The notes beneath the pieces are model-generated. The model was not told where the DNA came from. It made no database searches and saw only the letters and a list, made by a program, of their open reading frames with translations. From NCBI GenBank assembly GCA_039029735.1, contig JBCCFL010000002.1, positions 104,684 to 168,683 on the forward strand: a stretch of DNA of 64,000 nucleotides, given 5' to 3'. Source of the stretch: Actinomycetota bacterium. Its GTDB lineage: Bacteria; Actinomycetota; Acidimicrobiia; Acidimicrobiales; SZUA-35. Below, piece after piece: positions 25,985 through 34,517 of the stretch. The position numbers and the translations under genes are program-made. The number at the start of each line of letters is the position of its first letter. Position 1 is the first letter of the stretch.

Positions 25985-27337
25985 ATGCCTCGTCTGCCCC
26001 GATTCAATCCTGGCCTCCACACGTTGGGCCCGCTCGCCCTCCTGGCCAGCCTCGCGGTGTCGTGGCCGGCCTTTGCCGGTGCCACCGGTGACGGGGGCAA
26101 CGTGGCCTTCGGCCTCTACATCGGGGCGGTGTCGATCATCCTCATGGCGTGGAGCTTCCTGCTCGCCGTGCGGATCCCGTTCCTCGAACCGTTCTTCGGT
26201 GGCCTCGATCGGATGTATCAGGTGCACCGCTGGGCGGGCACCTTCGCCGCCATCACGATGTTCCTCCACACCTCCATCGAACCGGAGATCGACGGTGGTA
26301 TCCGGGGCGCCAGCGAATCGTTGGCCGACACCGCCGAGGAACTCGCCGGCACCGGCGAGGTGATGATCTACGGCCTCATCGCCCTCTCACTGCTCCGCTG
26401 GTTCCCGTACCGCTGGTGGCGCCTGACCCACAAGCTGTTCGGCATCCCGTTCGCCTTCGCCTGCTTCCATTTCTTCACTGCCGAGAAGACCTACGCCAAC
26501 GATTCGGCCTGGGGCATCTGGTTCGGCGCCATCATGGTGATCGGTCTCGTGACCTACGTGTGGCGTGTGTTCAAGCGAGACATGGTCACTCCCGGCCTGC
26601 GCTACAAGGTGACCGAGTCCACCGTGCGGGGGTCGACGCTCGAGATCGCCATGGAACCCACCCGCAAGGCGCTCGACTACCGCGCCGGACAGTTCGCCGT
26701 GCTCAAGGTGCAGGAGCCGGGGCTGCGGGAGCCGCACGTGTTCACCATCGCCTCGTCACCCTCAGATGGCGAACTCCGGTTCTTCATCCGTGACCTCGGT
26801 GACTGGACGGGCGAGATGCTCGCCCGAGGCGAGGATCTCCTCGGCTCGACCGTGATCGTGGAGGGGCCCTACGGGCGTTTCGAACCGCTCGGTCACAATG
26901 CCACCCGCACCGTGTGGGTGGCTGGCGGCGTTGGCATCACGCCGTTCCTGTCGGCCATGATCGATCTGGATCCGATGGAGGATCCCGTCCATCGACCCAC
27001 GCTGTTCTACGCCGTACGGTCGGCCGACGATGCCATGGCCATCGAGGTACTGCGTCGGGCCGAGTACGAGCTGCGCCTCAACCTCGTGATCTGCAGCTCC
27101 GCCGACGGGCGACGCTTCACGCCGGAGTTGATGGAGCAGGTCGTCGGATCCGATCTGCGGGGCGCCCAGGTGGCGGTCTGTGGGCCGGCCGGGCTGGTGG
27201 CCACCGTCGATCGCACGGCCCGCCGACTGGGGGCCAGTGATGTCGAACACGAGGACTTCGACATTCGTCAGGGCTTCGGGCCCGACCTCTCCCGTGACGT
27301 CCACTCGGTGGTGCGCAGCGTCACCGACCGTGGTTGA
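25985..27337 (+). CDS. Ferric-reductase/NOX-like flavocytochrome (6-TM heme domain + FAD-binding + NAD(P)-binding)
   Basis: The start is uncertain (ATG 25985 or GTG 25895). His pairs are HRWAGTFAAITMFLH (x13) and HKLFGIPFAFACFH (x12). The FAD motif is HVFTIASSP and the NAD motif is VWVAGGVGITPF. Confidence 0.8.
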   Translation: MPRLPRFNPGLHTLGPLALLASLAVSWPAFAGATGDGGNVAFGLYIGAVSIILMAWSFLLAVRIPFLEPFFGGLDRMYQVHRWAGTFAAITMFLHTSIEPEIDGGIRGASESLADTAEELAGTGEVMIYGLIALSLLRWFPYRWWRLTHKLFGIPFAFACFHFFTAEKTYANDSAWGIWFGAIMVIGLVTYVWRVFKRDMVTPGLRYKVTESTVRGSTLEIAMEPTRKALDYRAGQFAVLKVQEPGLREPHVFTIASSPSDGELRFFIRDLGDWTGEMLARGEDLLGSTVIVEGPYGRFEPLGHNATRTVWVAGGVGITPFLSAMIDLDPMEDPVHRPTLFYAVRSADDAMAIEVLRRAEYELRLNLVICSSADGRRFTPELMEQVVGSDLRGAQVAVCGPAGLVATVDRTARRLGASDVEHEDFDIRQGFGPDLSRDVHSVVRSVTDRG

Positions 27338-27396
27338 GGTGCTGGGAACGCGCCCTTCTCATCGCCGAAATCTGCGCGTAACAGTGCCTGATTACG

Positions 27397-28203
27397 GTGA
27401 CCTTCATGACAGCAGGTCGGGCGACCACCACCTACGTGATGCGGCTCAAGATGGCCGATCGGCCAGGAGCACTGGCCGAGGCCGCAGCCCGGATCGCGGC
27501 GGTGCGAGGCGACCTGGTCGGCATCGAGATCCTCGAACGGACAAACGGTGAGGTGATCGACGAGCTGATCGTGCAGCTCCCCGATGTGGGGTTGCTCGAC
27601 GTGATGTGCTCGGAGCTGGCCGAGGTCGATCAGCTCGAGATCGAGAGCATTGGCGAGCTTGACGCTGCGGGGATCGACCCGCAGCTGACGGCCCTGGAGA
27701 TCGCCGACGTGATCGTTGGCGCCGCCACGGTCGACGACCTGCTCTGGAGTTTGTGTGCCCACACGCGCCGGGTGATCCGGAGCGACTGGGCATGCGTGCT
27801 CGACGGGGCGGGCACCGTCATTGCCTCCTCCGGTTCGTCCCCCCACGAGGGTTGGTTGGTTGCGTTCGTGGCGGGGCGAGCCGAGGAAGTGACCGACGGC
27901 TGGTCAGGCGAAGCGGAGTGGATGCCACTCCCGGTCGCCTGCGGCCCCCTCACCCTCGTGCTCGGCCGGGCGGAGTCGCCGCTGCGGGCCAAGGAACGAC
28001 AGCGAGCCGCTGCGCTCGCCCGAGTCGCCGGATCATGGTGCAACCGGCTGCGTGAGCAGTCCCGGCAGGCATCAATGCTGGTGCATCCCAGCGGGGCTTT
28101 CCTCCCCCTTCACCCCGCTGGGACAAATCGCGGTTGGGAGGCGACCGGCGACAGCGTCGCTGCAACGCCCCCGGCCGACTGGTTCGCCGATCGATCTCGC
28201 TGA
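27397..28203 (+). CDS. ACT-domain protein with a C-terminal GAF-like region
   Basis: The N-terminus has an ACT pattern (YVMRLKMADRPGALAEAAARIAAVRGDLVGIEI). The remainder is a globular region I cannot assign. Confidence 0.55.
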   Translation: MTFMTAGRATTTYVMRLKMADRPGALAEAAARIAAVRGDLVGIEILERTNGEVIDELIVQLPDVGLLDVMCSELAEVDQLEIESIGELDAAGIDPQLTALEIADVIVGAATVDDLLWSLCAHTRRVIRSDWACVLDGAGTVIASSGSSPHEGWLVAFVAGRAEEVTDGWSGEAEWMPLPVACGPLTLVLGRAESPLRAKERQRAAALARVAGSWCNRLREQSRQASMLVHPSGAFLPLHPAGTNRGWEATGDSVAATPPADWFADRSR

Positions 28204-28283
28204 GTCAGCGTCGCCTCAGCGAGATCGGTCTGCGACAGGGGAGCCGTGCGCTCCCCGGTCGCTTCCGGCTGGGTGATCAGTGA

Positions 28284-29138
28284 TCAGCGCCCCGGCGGAC
28301 GATGGTGGCGGATCGGACGTTCTGTCCGAGTGAACTCCGGCCACTGTGACCACGGCGGTCCGGCCATGAACCCACCGTCGACAACGAACTCCTGGCCGGT
28401 CATCCACTCCGACTCGGCACTGGCCAGGAACAGCGCCATGTTGGCGATGTCGTCGGCCTCACCGACCCGGCCGAGGGCCTGGGCTCCGGCGCTGATGTCG
28501 CGCATCTTCTGGATCCGCTGATCGTCGGCGTCGGGATGACCGGCCGCAAGGGGAGTGGCGATGAACCCGGGGCAGATCGCGTTGACCCTCACGTTCGACT
28601 CACCCAGTTCGAGCGCGACCGATCGCGTGAGATGCAGCACCGCGCACTTCGCAACGCTGTAGAGGTGCGGGGCGTACCCGGCCCGGAGTCCGGCCACGCT
28701 GGCGGTGTTGATGATCGAGCCACCACCGGCGGCCGTCATCACCGGGGCGGCGTGCTTGATGCCGAGGAACACACTCTTGACCAGCACGTCCATCGTCAAG
28801 TCGTAGTCTTCGACGGTGGTGGACGCGATCGGTCCGAGCGCGCCGCCGAAACCGGCATTGTTGAACACACAGTCGAGGCGGCCCCAGCGGTCGGTGGCCT
28901 CGGCCACCATGGCGGCGACGTCTTCCTCCTTGCTCACATCGGTGCGCAGAAAGGCGGCGCTGTCGCCCAGTTCGGCGGCGAGGGCGTCACCCCGATCGGT
29001 GTCGAGATCGGCGATCAGCACGCGGGCCCCTTCGGCCACGAACCGCCGGGCGGTGCCAGCTCCGATGCCGCTCGCCCCTCCCGTGATGATCGTGCCGTGT
29101 CCGGCCAGCTGTCCTTCGGGCTGCGCATCGCTGGTCAT
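28284..29138 (-). CDS. SDR family oxidoreductase
   Basis: It has TGGASGIGAG, NNAG and the catalytic YSVAK motif. Confidence 0.9.
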   Translation of the reverse strand: MTSDAQPEGQLAGHGTIITGGASGIGAGTARRFVAEGARVLIADLDTDRGDALAAELGDSAAFLRTDVSKEEDVAAMVAEATDRWGRLDCVFNNAGFGGALGPIASTTVEDYDLTMDVLVKSVFLGIKHAAPVMTAAGGGSIINTASVAGLRAGYAPHLYSVAKCAVLHLTRSVALELGESNVRVNAICPGFIATPLAAGHPDADDQRIQKMRDISAGAQALGRVGEADDIANMALFLASAESEWMTGQEFVVDGGFMAGPPWSQWPEFTRTERPIRHHRPPGR

Positions 29139-29250
29139 CCTGGTCCCCTGTTGCTGCGAGATTCGTCGGTGCTCCTCAGCGGTTTATCGGAGGTCGACGG
29201 GTCACGTCCAGATCAACCGCTGGCTCGACGGCGTCGTCAGCTGTGGGCGA

Positions 29251-29886
29251 TCAGACGATGCGGCGGTCGGCGGCCCAGCGGGCGAGCTCGTTCCTGTTCG
29301 ACAGCTGGAGTTTGCGTAACACTGACGAGGCGTGGGTCTCGACGGTCTTGATCGAGATGCTCAGCCGGCGGGCGATCTCTTTGTAGGCGTACCCGCGGGC
29401 GAGCAGGCGCATCACCTCCTGCTCGCGGGCCGTGAGCTGGTCGAGCTCCGGGTCGACCGGGCCGTCGAGGTCGGCAGAGAAGGCGTCGAGCACGAAGCCG
29501 GCAAGGCGGGGCGAGAACACGGCGTCGCCGTCGTGGATGCGTTGGACGGCGTCGAGCAGTTCATCGCCGTCGATCGTCTTGGTCACGTAGCCGCGGGCGC
29601 CGGTACGGATCACCTCGATTACGTCCTCGGCCGCGTCCGACACCGACAGGGCGAGGAACTTGGTGTTCACCCCGCGGTCGACCACGCCCCGGATCACGGC
29701 CGGGGCGTTGCCTCCGGGAAGGTGCACGTCGCACACCACCACGTCGGGCTTGTGGGCGGCGATGGCGTCGATCGCTTCGCCGACGTCGGCCGCCTCGGCC
29801 ACCACCGTCACCCTGTCGCCTTCCAACTCGGCGCGCACGCCGGCACGCACCACGGCGTGATCGTCGACCAGCACCACTCGGATCAT
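29251..29886 (-). CDS. NarL/LuxR-family response regulator
   Basis: It has a receiver domain (MIRVVLVDDH...CDVHLPG) and a LuxR HTH (LTAREQEVMRLLARGYAYKEIARRLSISIKTVETH). Confidence 0.95.
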   Translation of the reverse strand: MIRVVLVDDHAVVRAGVRAELEGDRVTVVAEAADVGEAIDAIAAHKPDVVVCDVHLPGGNAPAVIRGVVDRGVNTKFLALSVSDAAEDVIEVIRTGARGYVTKTIDGDELLDAVQRIHDGDAVFSPRLAGFVLDAFSADLDGPVDPELDQLTAREQEVMRLLARGYAYKEIARRLSISIKTVETHASSVLRKLQLSNRNELARWAADRRIV

Positions 29887-31163
29887 CAGCGTCCTCCGCT
29901 CGATTGGGACTCGGGTTCGGGTTCGGGCTCGGGTGTAGGTTCAGTCTCGTCGGTGGCCGGCGCCAAGGGGAGCACCAGCTCCACCTCGGTGCCGGCGCCC
30001 GGCTCGGAATGCACGCTCGCACTGCCGCCAGCCCGGGTCATGCGACCAACGATCGACTCGCTGATCCCACGGCGGTTCGACTGGGCAGCGGCGTCCATGT
30101 CGAACCCCTGGCCGGTATCGCGCACGAACAGCTCGATGCGATCCGACCCACACTCGGCGAACACGTCGATCTGGCGGGTATCGCTGTGGGTCGCCGCATT
30201 CACACATGCCTCACCGGCTGCGGCCAACAGCGGTTCGATCGTCGTCGGTTCGAAGTCGGCCGAGTCGTTCACCACGATCACCTTGATCGGGGTGCCGTAG
30301 CGAGCGTCGAGTTCGGCCGCCATCTTCTCGAGCGCCGTGGTGAGCCGGACACGCCCGGCCTCGGGTTGATCGCCCGGCTCCTGGTAGAGCCACAGTCGCA
30401 GCTCGCGCTCTTGCTGGCGGGCCAGGCGTGCCGTGCGATCGGCGTCGTCGGCGTGACGCTGGATGAGCGCGAGCGTCTGGAGTACGGAGTCGTGGAGGTG
30501 AGCGGCCATCCGAGCCCGTTCATCGGCCCGCACGCGCTGCTGGCGTTCCTGGTCGAGGTCGCGGCCGATCCGGGCGAGGGAGGGAGCCACCACGAGGGTG
30601 ATGCCCGACACCACAGCCAGCGCCACGATCAGCACGAGCAGGGTGCTGATGATGTTGCTCGACAGGGCGAGGAAGGCGATCATGCCGCCGACCCCCACCA
30701 CCACCCCGGCCCCGATCCGGGCCACCGACCAGAGCCCGCGCTCGCCTTGGGCCCGAGTCCACGCCACGAGGAAGCCGGTGAGCACGAAGGCACCCGGGAA
30801 CACGATCTGGTCGATGAATCCGGCCGCCTGCGTGCGCAGGAACAGCAACAGCCCGAGCACGATCATGGCCACTGCCACGTGTCGGTGGAGGGCGGACGCG
30901 CCCTTGGGAATGGGGGCGTAGGGGGCAGTCGGGCCCGTCGACAACACCACCAACGCGAGCCAGGCTCCGGCGTAGAGCACGAGGCCCCATCCGCCGGCGA
31001 GGGCCAGCACCACGAACGACACGCGGATCACGAGCGGCTGCACGCCGATCTCGTTCGCGATGCCTGCGGCCACACCGCCCAACCAGGCGTTGTCGGCCGA
31101 AAGCCGCGGCAGTTGCCATCGAGGCCGCTCGGCCAGAGGACGTGTGGAGCTCACTCCTGCCAT
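29886..31163 (-). CDS. PspC-domain sensor histidine kinase (HisKA_3 type)
   Basis: An N-terminal PspC motif (WLGGVAAGIANEIGVQPLVIRVSFVVL) is followed by several TM segments, an H-box AHLHDSVLQTL and a C-terminal HATPase. There is a 1-nt overlap with the downstream regulator gene. Confidence 0.85.
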   Translation of the reverse strand: MAGVSSTRPLAERPRWQLPRLSADNAWLGGVAAGIANEIGVQPLVIRVSFVVLALAGGWGLVLYAGAWLALVVLSTGPTAPYAPIPKGASALHRHVAVAMIVLGLLLFLRTQAAGFIDQIVFPGAFVLTGFLVAWTRAQGERGLWSVARIGAGVVVGVGGMIAFLALSSNIISTLLVLIVALAVVSGITLVVAPSLARIGRDLDQERQQRVRADERARMAAHLHDSVLQTLALIQRHADDADRTARLARQQERELRLWLYQEPGDQPEAGRVRLTTALEKMAAELDARYGTPIKVIVVNDSADFEPTTIEPLLAAAGEACVNAATHSDTRQIDVFAECGSDRIELFVRDTGQGFDMDAAAQSNRRGISESIVGRMTRAGGSASVHSEPGAGTEVELVLPLAPATDETEPTPEPEPEPESQSSGGR

Positions 31164-31295
31164 ATTCTCATCGGATGACGCTGGTGTGCATCAGGGCCGA
31201 ACCCCGAGACACCCCTGAGATCGGGGGCCGTGATCAGGGAACACTCCGGGCGAGCACCGATTCTCAACGACCGATCGCTCGCTCACGATGATGGC

Positions 31296-32672
31296 ATGAC
31301 CAACGAACCCCCCACCCCCCGACCGGGGAACGAACCGGATCCGCAGCTGGATCCGTCGGTCGGCCCCGAACCTCCGACCGATCCGTCTCCGTCCACGCCC
31401 TCGATCGACGACGTGCTGGCCGACGACACCGTCACCGGCGACCCGGCTGCCGACGACGCCGGGCTCTACGAGCCTGTCGATCTCGACGTCGACGCTGATC
31501 CCACCTTCGACGAGGCAGCAGCCTCGGCTACCGACCGCCCGATGGATCCGCCCCCCGACGGCGCCGGTGCGGCCGGTGACGCTGGAGAGGGTGCGGCAGC
31601 CTGGACCGCCCCCGACCCGGGGCCGGGCGCCGGCGCGGGTGGTGCCCCTCCGCCACCCGCCGGCGCTGCCCCCGGCTGGGCTCCCGGTGGTCGCCGCCTC
31701 GTGCGTGACCCCTACAGCCGCCTCGGCGGTGTTGCCTCCGGCCTGGCCCACTACGTGGGCATCGACGTGTCCATCATGCGAATCCTCTTCCTGCTCGTTG
31801 CCTTCGGCACCGGCTTCGGATTCTTCGCCTACCTGCTTGCGTGGATCATCATCCCCCGAGCCGACTACTGGCCCCCGGCGCCCGGAACGCCCCGTCCGTT
31901 TCGATCACTGACGAGGCGCGATCTGGGCCTCGGGATGGCAATCGTCGGTCTGCTCATCGCCCTTGCGTTCGGCGGTGGCATCACCGGCAGTTTCCTCGTT
32001 CCGCTCATCCTGGTGGGTGGTGGCGTGTGGCTCCTGCTGCAGCCCGCCTCCGCCACGGAACCGGCGTTCGCCACGGCCGCCTACTCACCCCCCACGGGTG
32101 AGGGCGACGTGACCGGGCCCATGCCGGCGGGCGATCCGGTGACGGCGAGTGCGTACGCCGCCGGTCCCTACCCCACGCCCACCCCGGTGCCTCCGCCCAA
32201 GCGGCGGCGGTGGGTGCTCGGGTTCGTGTTCGGGGTACTTGCGCTGTTCATCATCCTGCCGATCCTGGCGATCGTCGGTCTGATCATCGCCGCCGCCACC
32301 GGCAACATCGAGGCCAACTTCGATGCGGCCGACGTCGAGATCACCCCGAACGAGATCGAGGACTTCCCGGTCGACCTCAGCTACGACGGGGCCGACCTCA
32401 CACTCGATCTGTCGGAGATGACGCCGGCGGACTTCGCCGAGCTGGACAGCCCGGCTCAGGTCGACATCCAGAGCGACTTCGGGTCGATCGAGGTGATCGT
32501 TCCCGACGATCTCGACGTGGCGATCGAGGGCTCGACGAGCTTCGGCGACATCCAGGTGTTCGACCGGCAGTCGTCGGGAATCGACAACGACATCGTCGTT
32601 CGTGCCGACAATCCCGACATCGAGATGGATCTCGACATCGACTTCGGCGAGATCCGGGTGGTGCGCCCCTAG
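31296..32672 (+). CDS. PspC-domain membrane protein with a LiaF/DUF4097-like C-terminal domain
   Basis: The start is ATG 31296 (or 31230). A disordered acidic/Pro-rich N-terminus is followed by a PspC motif (GGVASGLAHYVGIDVSIMRILFLLV), TM segments and C-terminal repeats (FGSIEVIVP, FGDIQVF, FGEIRVV). Confidence 0.8.
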   Translation: MTNEPPTPRPGNEPDPQLDPSVGPEPPTDPSPSTPSIDDVLADDTVTGDPAADDAGLYEPVDLDVDADPTFDEAAASATDRPMDPPPDGAGAAGDAGEGAAAWTAPDPGPGAGAGGAPPPPAGAAPGWAPGGRRLVRDPYSRLGGVASGLAHYVGIDVSIMRILFLLVAFGTGFGFFAYLLAWIIIPRADYWPPAPGTPRPFRSLTRRDLGLGMAIVGLLIALAFGGGITGSFLVPLILVGGGVWLLLQPASATEPAFATAAYSPPTGEGDVTGPMPAGDPVTASAYAAGPYPTPTPVPPPKRRRWVLGFVFGVLALFIILPILAIVGLIIAAATGNIEANFDAADVEITPNEIEDFPVDLSYDGADLTLDLSEMTPADFAELDSPAQVDIQSDFGSIEVIVPDDLDVAIEGSTSFGDIQVFDRQSSGIDNDIVVRADNPDIEMDLDIDFGEIRVVRP

Positions 32673-32793
32673 CTCCGAACCTCCTCCCCAAACCCCAGAG
32701 GCCCGAGGCACTGCGCCTCGGGCCTCTGCGCGTTGGGGCCACGGTGTCGGTGATCCGGTGGAACGTTTCGGGGCCGTCGCCCGTCATACAGGT

Positions 32794-33297
32794 ATGCGAG
32801 GAGTGGGCGCCGCCGTGGCCGGCGGACGGCGGAGGGGCCAGGCTGCGGCCACCGCCGAGGTCGATCGGCTCTACCGCGAGGAGTACGCCCGGCTCGTGCG
32901 CACGGCCACCATGATCACGGGCCGCCAGGCCGTGGCCGAAGAGCTGGTACAGGACGCGTTCATCAAGGTGCTCCAGCGCTGGCAGGATCTGCGCACGCCG
33001 GCAGCCTTCCTGCGCACAGTGGTGGTGAGGCAGTGCACCGACCACGGCCGCCGGGAAACCGTTGCCGCCCGCCACCGGTCGACGGTCACCGAAACGTACG
33101 CCTTGCCGCCCGACCTCGACGAGATGTGGGACCGGCTCCAGCACCTGTCGCCGGAGCACCGCACCGTGTTGATCCTCCGCTACTACGAGGATCTGACCGT
33201 CGATGAGATCTCGCACCTGATGGCATGTCGGCCGGGCACCACCAAGTCCCGGATCAATCGGGCTCTCGCCCAGCTGCGCCAGGAGGTCACACGATGA
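32794..33297 (+). CDS. ECF-type RNA polymerase sigma factor
   Basis: I chose the ATG at 32794. It has region 2 (EELVQDAFIKVLQRW) and region 4 (RTVLILRYYEDLTVDEISHLMACRPGTTKSRINRAL). Confidence 0.85.
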   Translation: MRGVGAAVAGGRRRGQAAATAEVDRLYREEYARLVRTATMITGRQAVAEELVQDAFIKVLQRWQDLRTPAAFLRTVVVRQCTDHGRRETVAARHRSTVTETYALPPDLDEMWDRLQHLSPEHRTVLILRYYEDLTVDEISHLMACRPGTTKSRINRALAQLRQEVTR

Positions 33298-34469
33298 ACG
33301 GGCGCCAGACCGACCCGATCGACGACGTGGAGGAGCAGCTCCGAGCCACGTTGGATGCAGTGGGGCGCCAGATCGACGTGGCCGCACCCCACCGGGCATA
33401 CGCATCCGAGGTCGCCGTGCTGCCCACCCGAACCCGTGGCCGATCGGTGTACCTGGTCGGTTTGGCCGCTGCGATCGTGGTGGCCGTTGGTGTCGGCGTT
33501 GCGATCGGCTCGTTCCGATCGTCGACCCGGATCGACACCCCGGCCGACTCCGGCGAGGTGGAGCCGACCGTTCCCCCGACCTCGGTGCTCGACGAACAAC
33601 GCCCCACCGATGCAGACACAGACGAGGCTGAGGCCGCGACCTACCGGTACGCCGGTGAGCCCGGCGTACCGGCCGACTGCTGGCCGTGGACCACGGGCCC
33701 GTTCGCATTCGGCCGCATCGCACCCGAGGATGCGCCGCAATGTGTGCGGGTGCCCGCATCCCAGCCGCTGAGATTCTCCAATCCGCTGAGCGATGCGGTG
33801 ACGATCGAGTTCGGCGACGGCAGCGCAGAGTGGACGATCCCGGCCGAGGCGTTCGAGGCCGACATGCCGGGCACGGTCGGTGATCGGGTTCCCGTCGTCG
33901 ACGGCACGGGCACGATCACGGCGACGGCGGCGTCGGGCGAGTCGTGGACGTTCCACGTGGTGCCCGACGCCGACGATTCACTGGCTGCGCATGAGATGAC
34001 GATCAGTGGCTACGGCCCAGTCGAGTTGGGCATGACCGTTGAGGAGGCAGCCGAGGCTCTCGGCACGCCCTTCGCCATCGATGATCGGCGGCCCGCCGGC
34101 TCCACCTGCGGCGCAATGGCGATACCCAATCTGGTGGACGGCCCGCTGTTCATGATCGAGTACGCGCCCGGCAGCACCGACCCTGGTACCGCGGTGGTCG
34201 TTCGCATCGACGGAGGCGCACGCACCTCCACCGACACGGGCATCGGAGTCGGAACAGCCGAACAGGAGGTACTCACCACCTACGGCGCCCAGCTCACAAG
34301 CGAACTGTCGAAGTACGGCGACCTGGAGAACGACTTCCGCCTCATCCACCAGCCGCTCGACGAGACCTTTGCCGATCGTCGGCTGGTGTTCCTCACCGAC
34401 GACGGCCAAGTCGTGGCCCTCGTCGTGGGATACACAGAGGCAGCCCTCCTGGTGGAAGGCTGCCTCTGA
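33294..34469 (+). CDS. Single-pass membrane protein co-transcribed with the ECF sigma factor (possible anti-sigma or associated protein)
   Basis: Its ATG overlaps the sigma-factor stop (ATGA). A ~55-aa cytoplasmic N-terminus precedes a TM segment (VYLVGLAAAIVVAVGVGVAIG) and a ~330-aa external domain. There is no HxxxCxxC zinc motif. Confidence 0.55.
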   Translation: MNGRQTDPIDDVEEQLRATLDAVGRQIDVAAPHRAYASEVAVLPTRTRGRSVYLVGLAAAIVVAVGVGVAIGSFRSSTRIDTPADSGEVEPTVPPTSVLDEQRPTDADTDEAEAATYRYAGEPGVPADCWPWTTGPFAFGRIAPEDAPQCVRVPASQPLRFSNPLSDAVTIEFGDGSAEWTIPAEAFEADMPGTVGDRVPVVDGTGTITATAASGESWTFHVVPDADDSLAAHEMTISGYGPVELGMTVEEAAEALGTPFAIDDRRPAGSTCGAMAIPNLVDGPLFMIEYAPGSTDPGTAVVVRIDGGARTSTDTGIGVGTAEQEVLTTYGAQLTSELSKYGDLENDFRLIHQPLDETFADRRLVFLTDDGQVVALVVGYTEAALLVEGCL

Positions 34470-34517
34470 TTCGGCTGTGACCCCGCGGGGTGTTTCAGCG
34501 CGTGATGCGGCTGGGAT

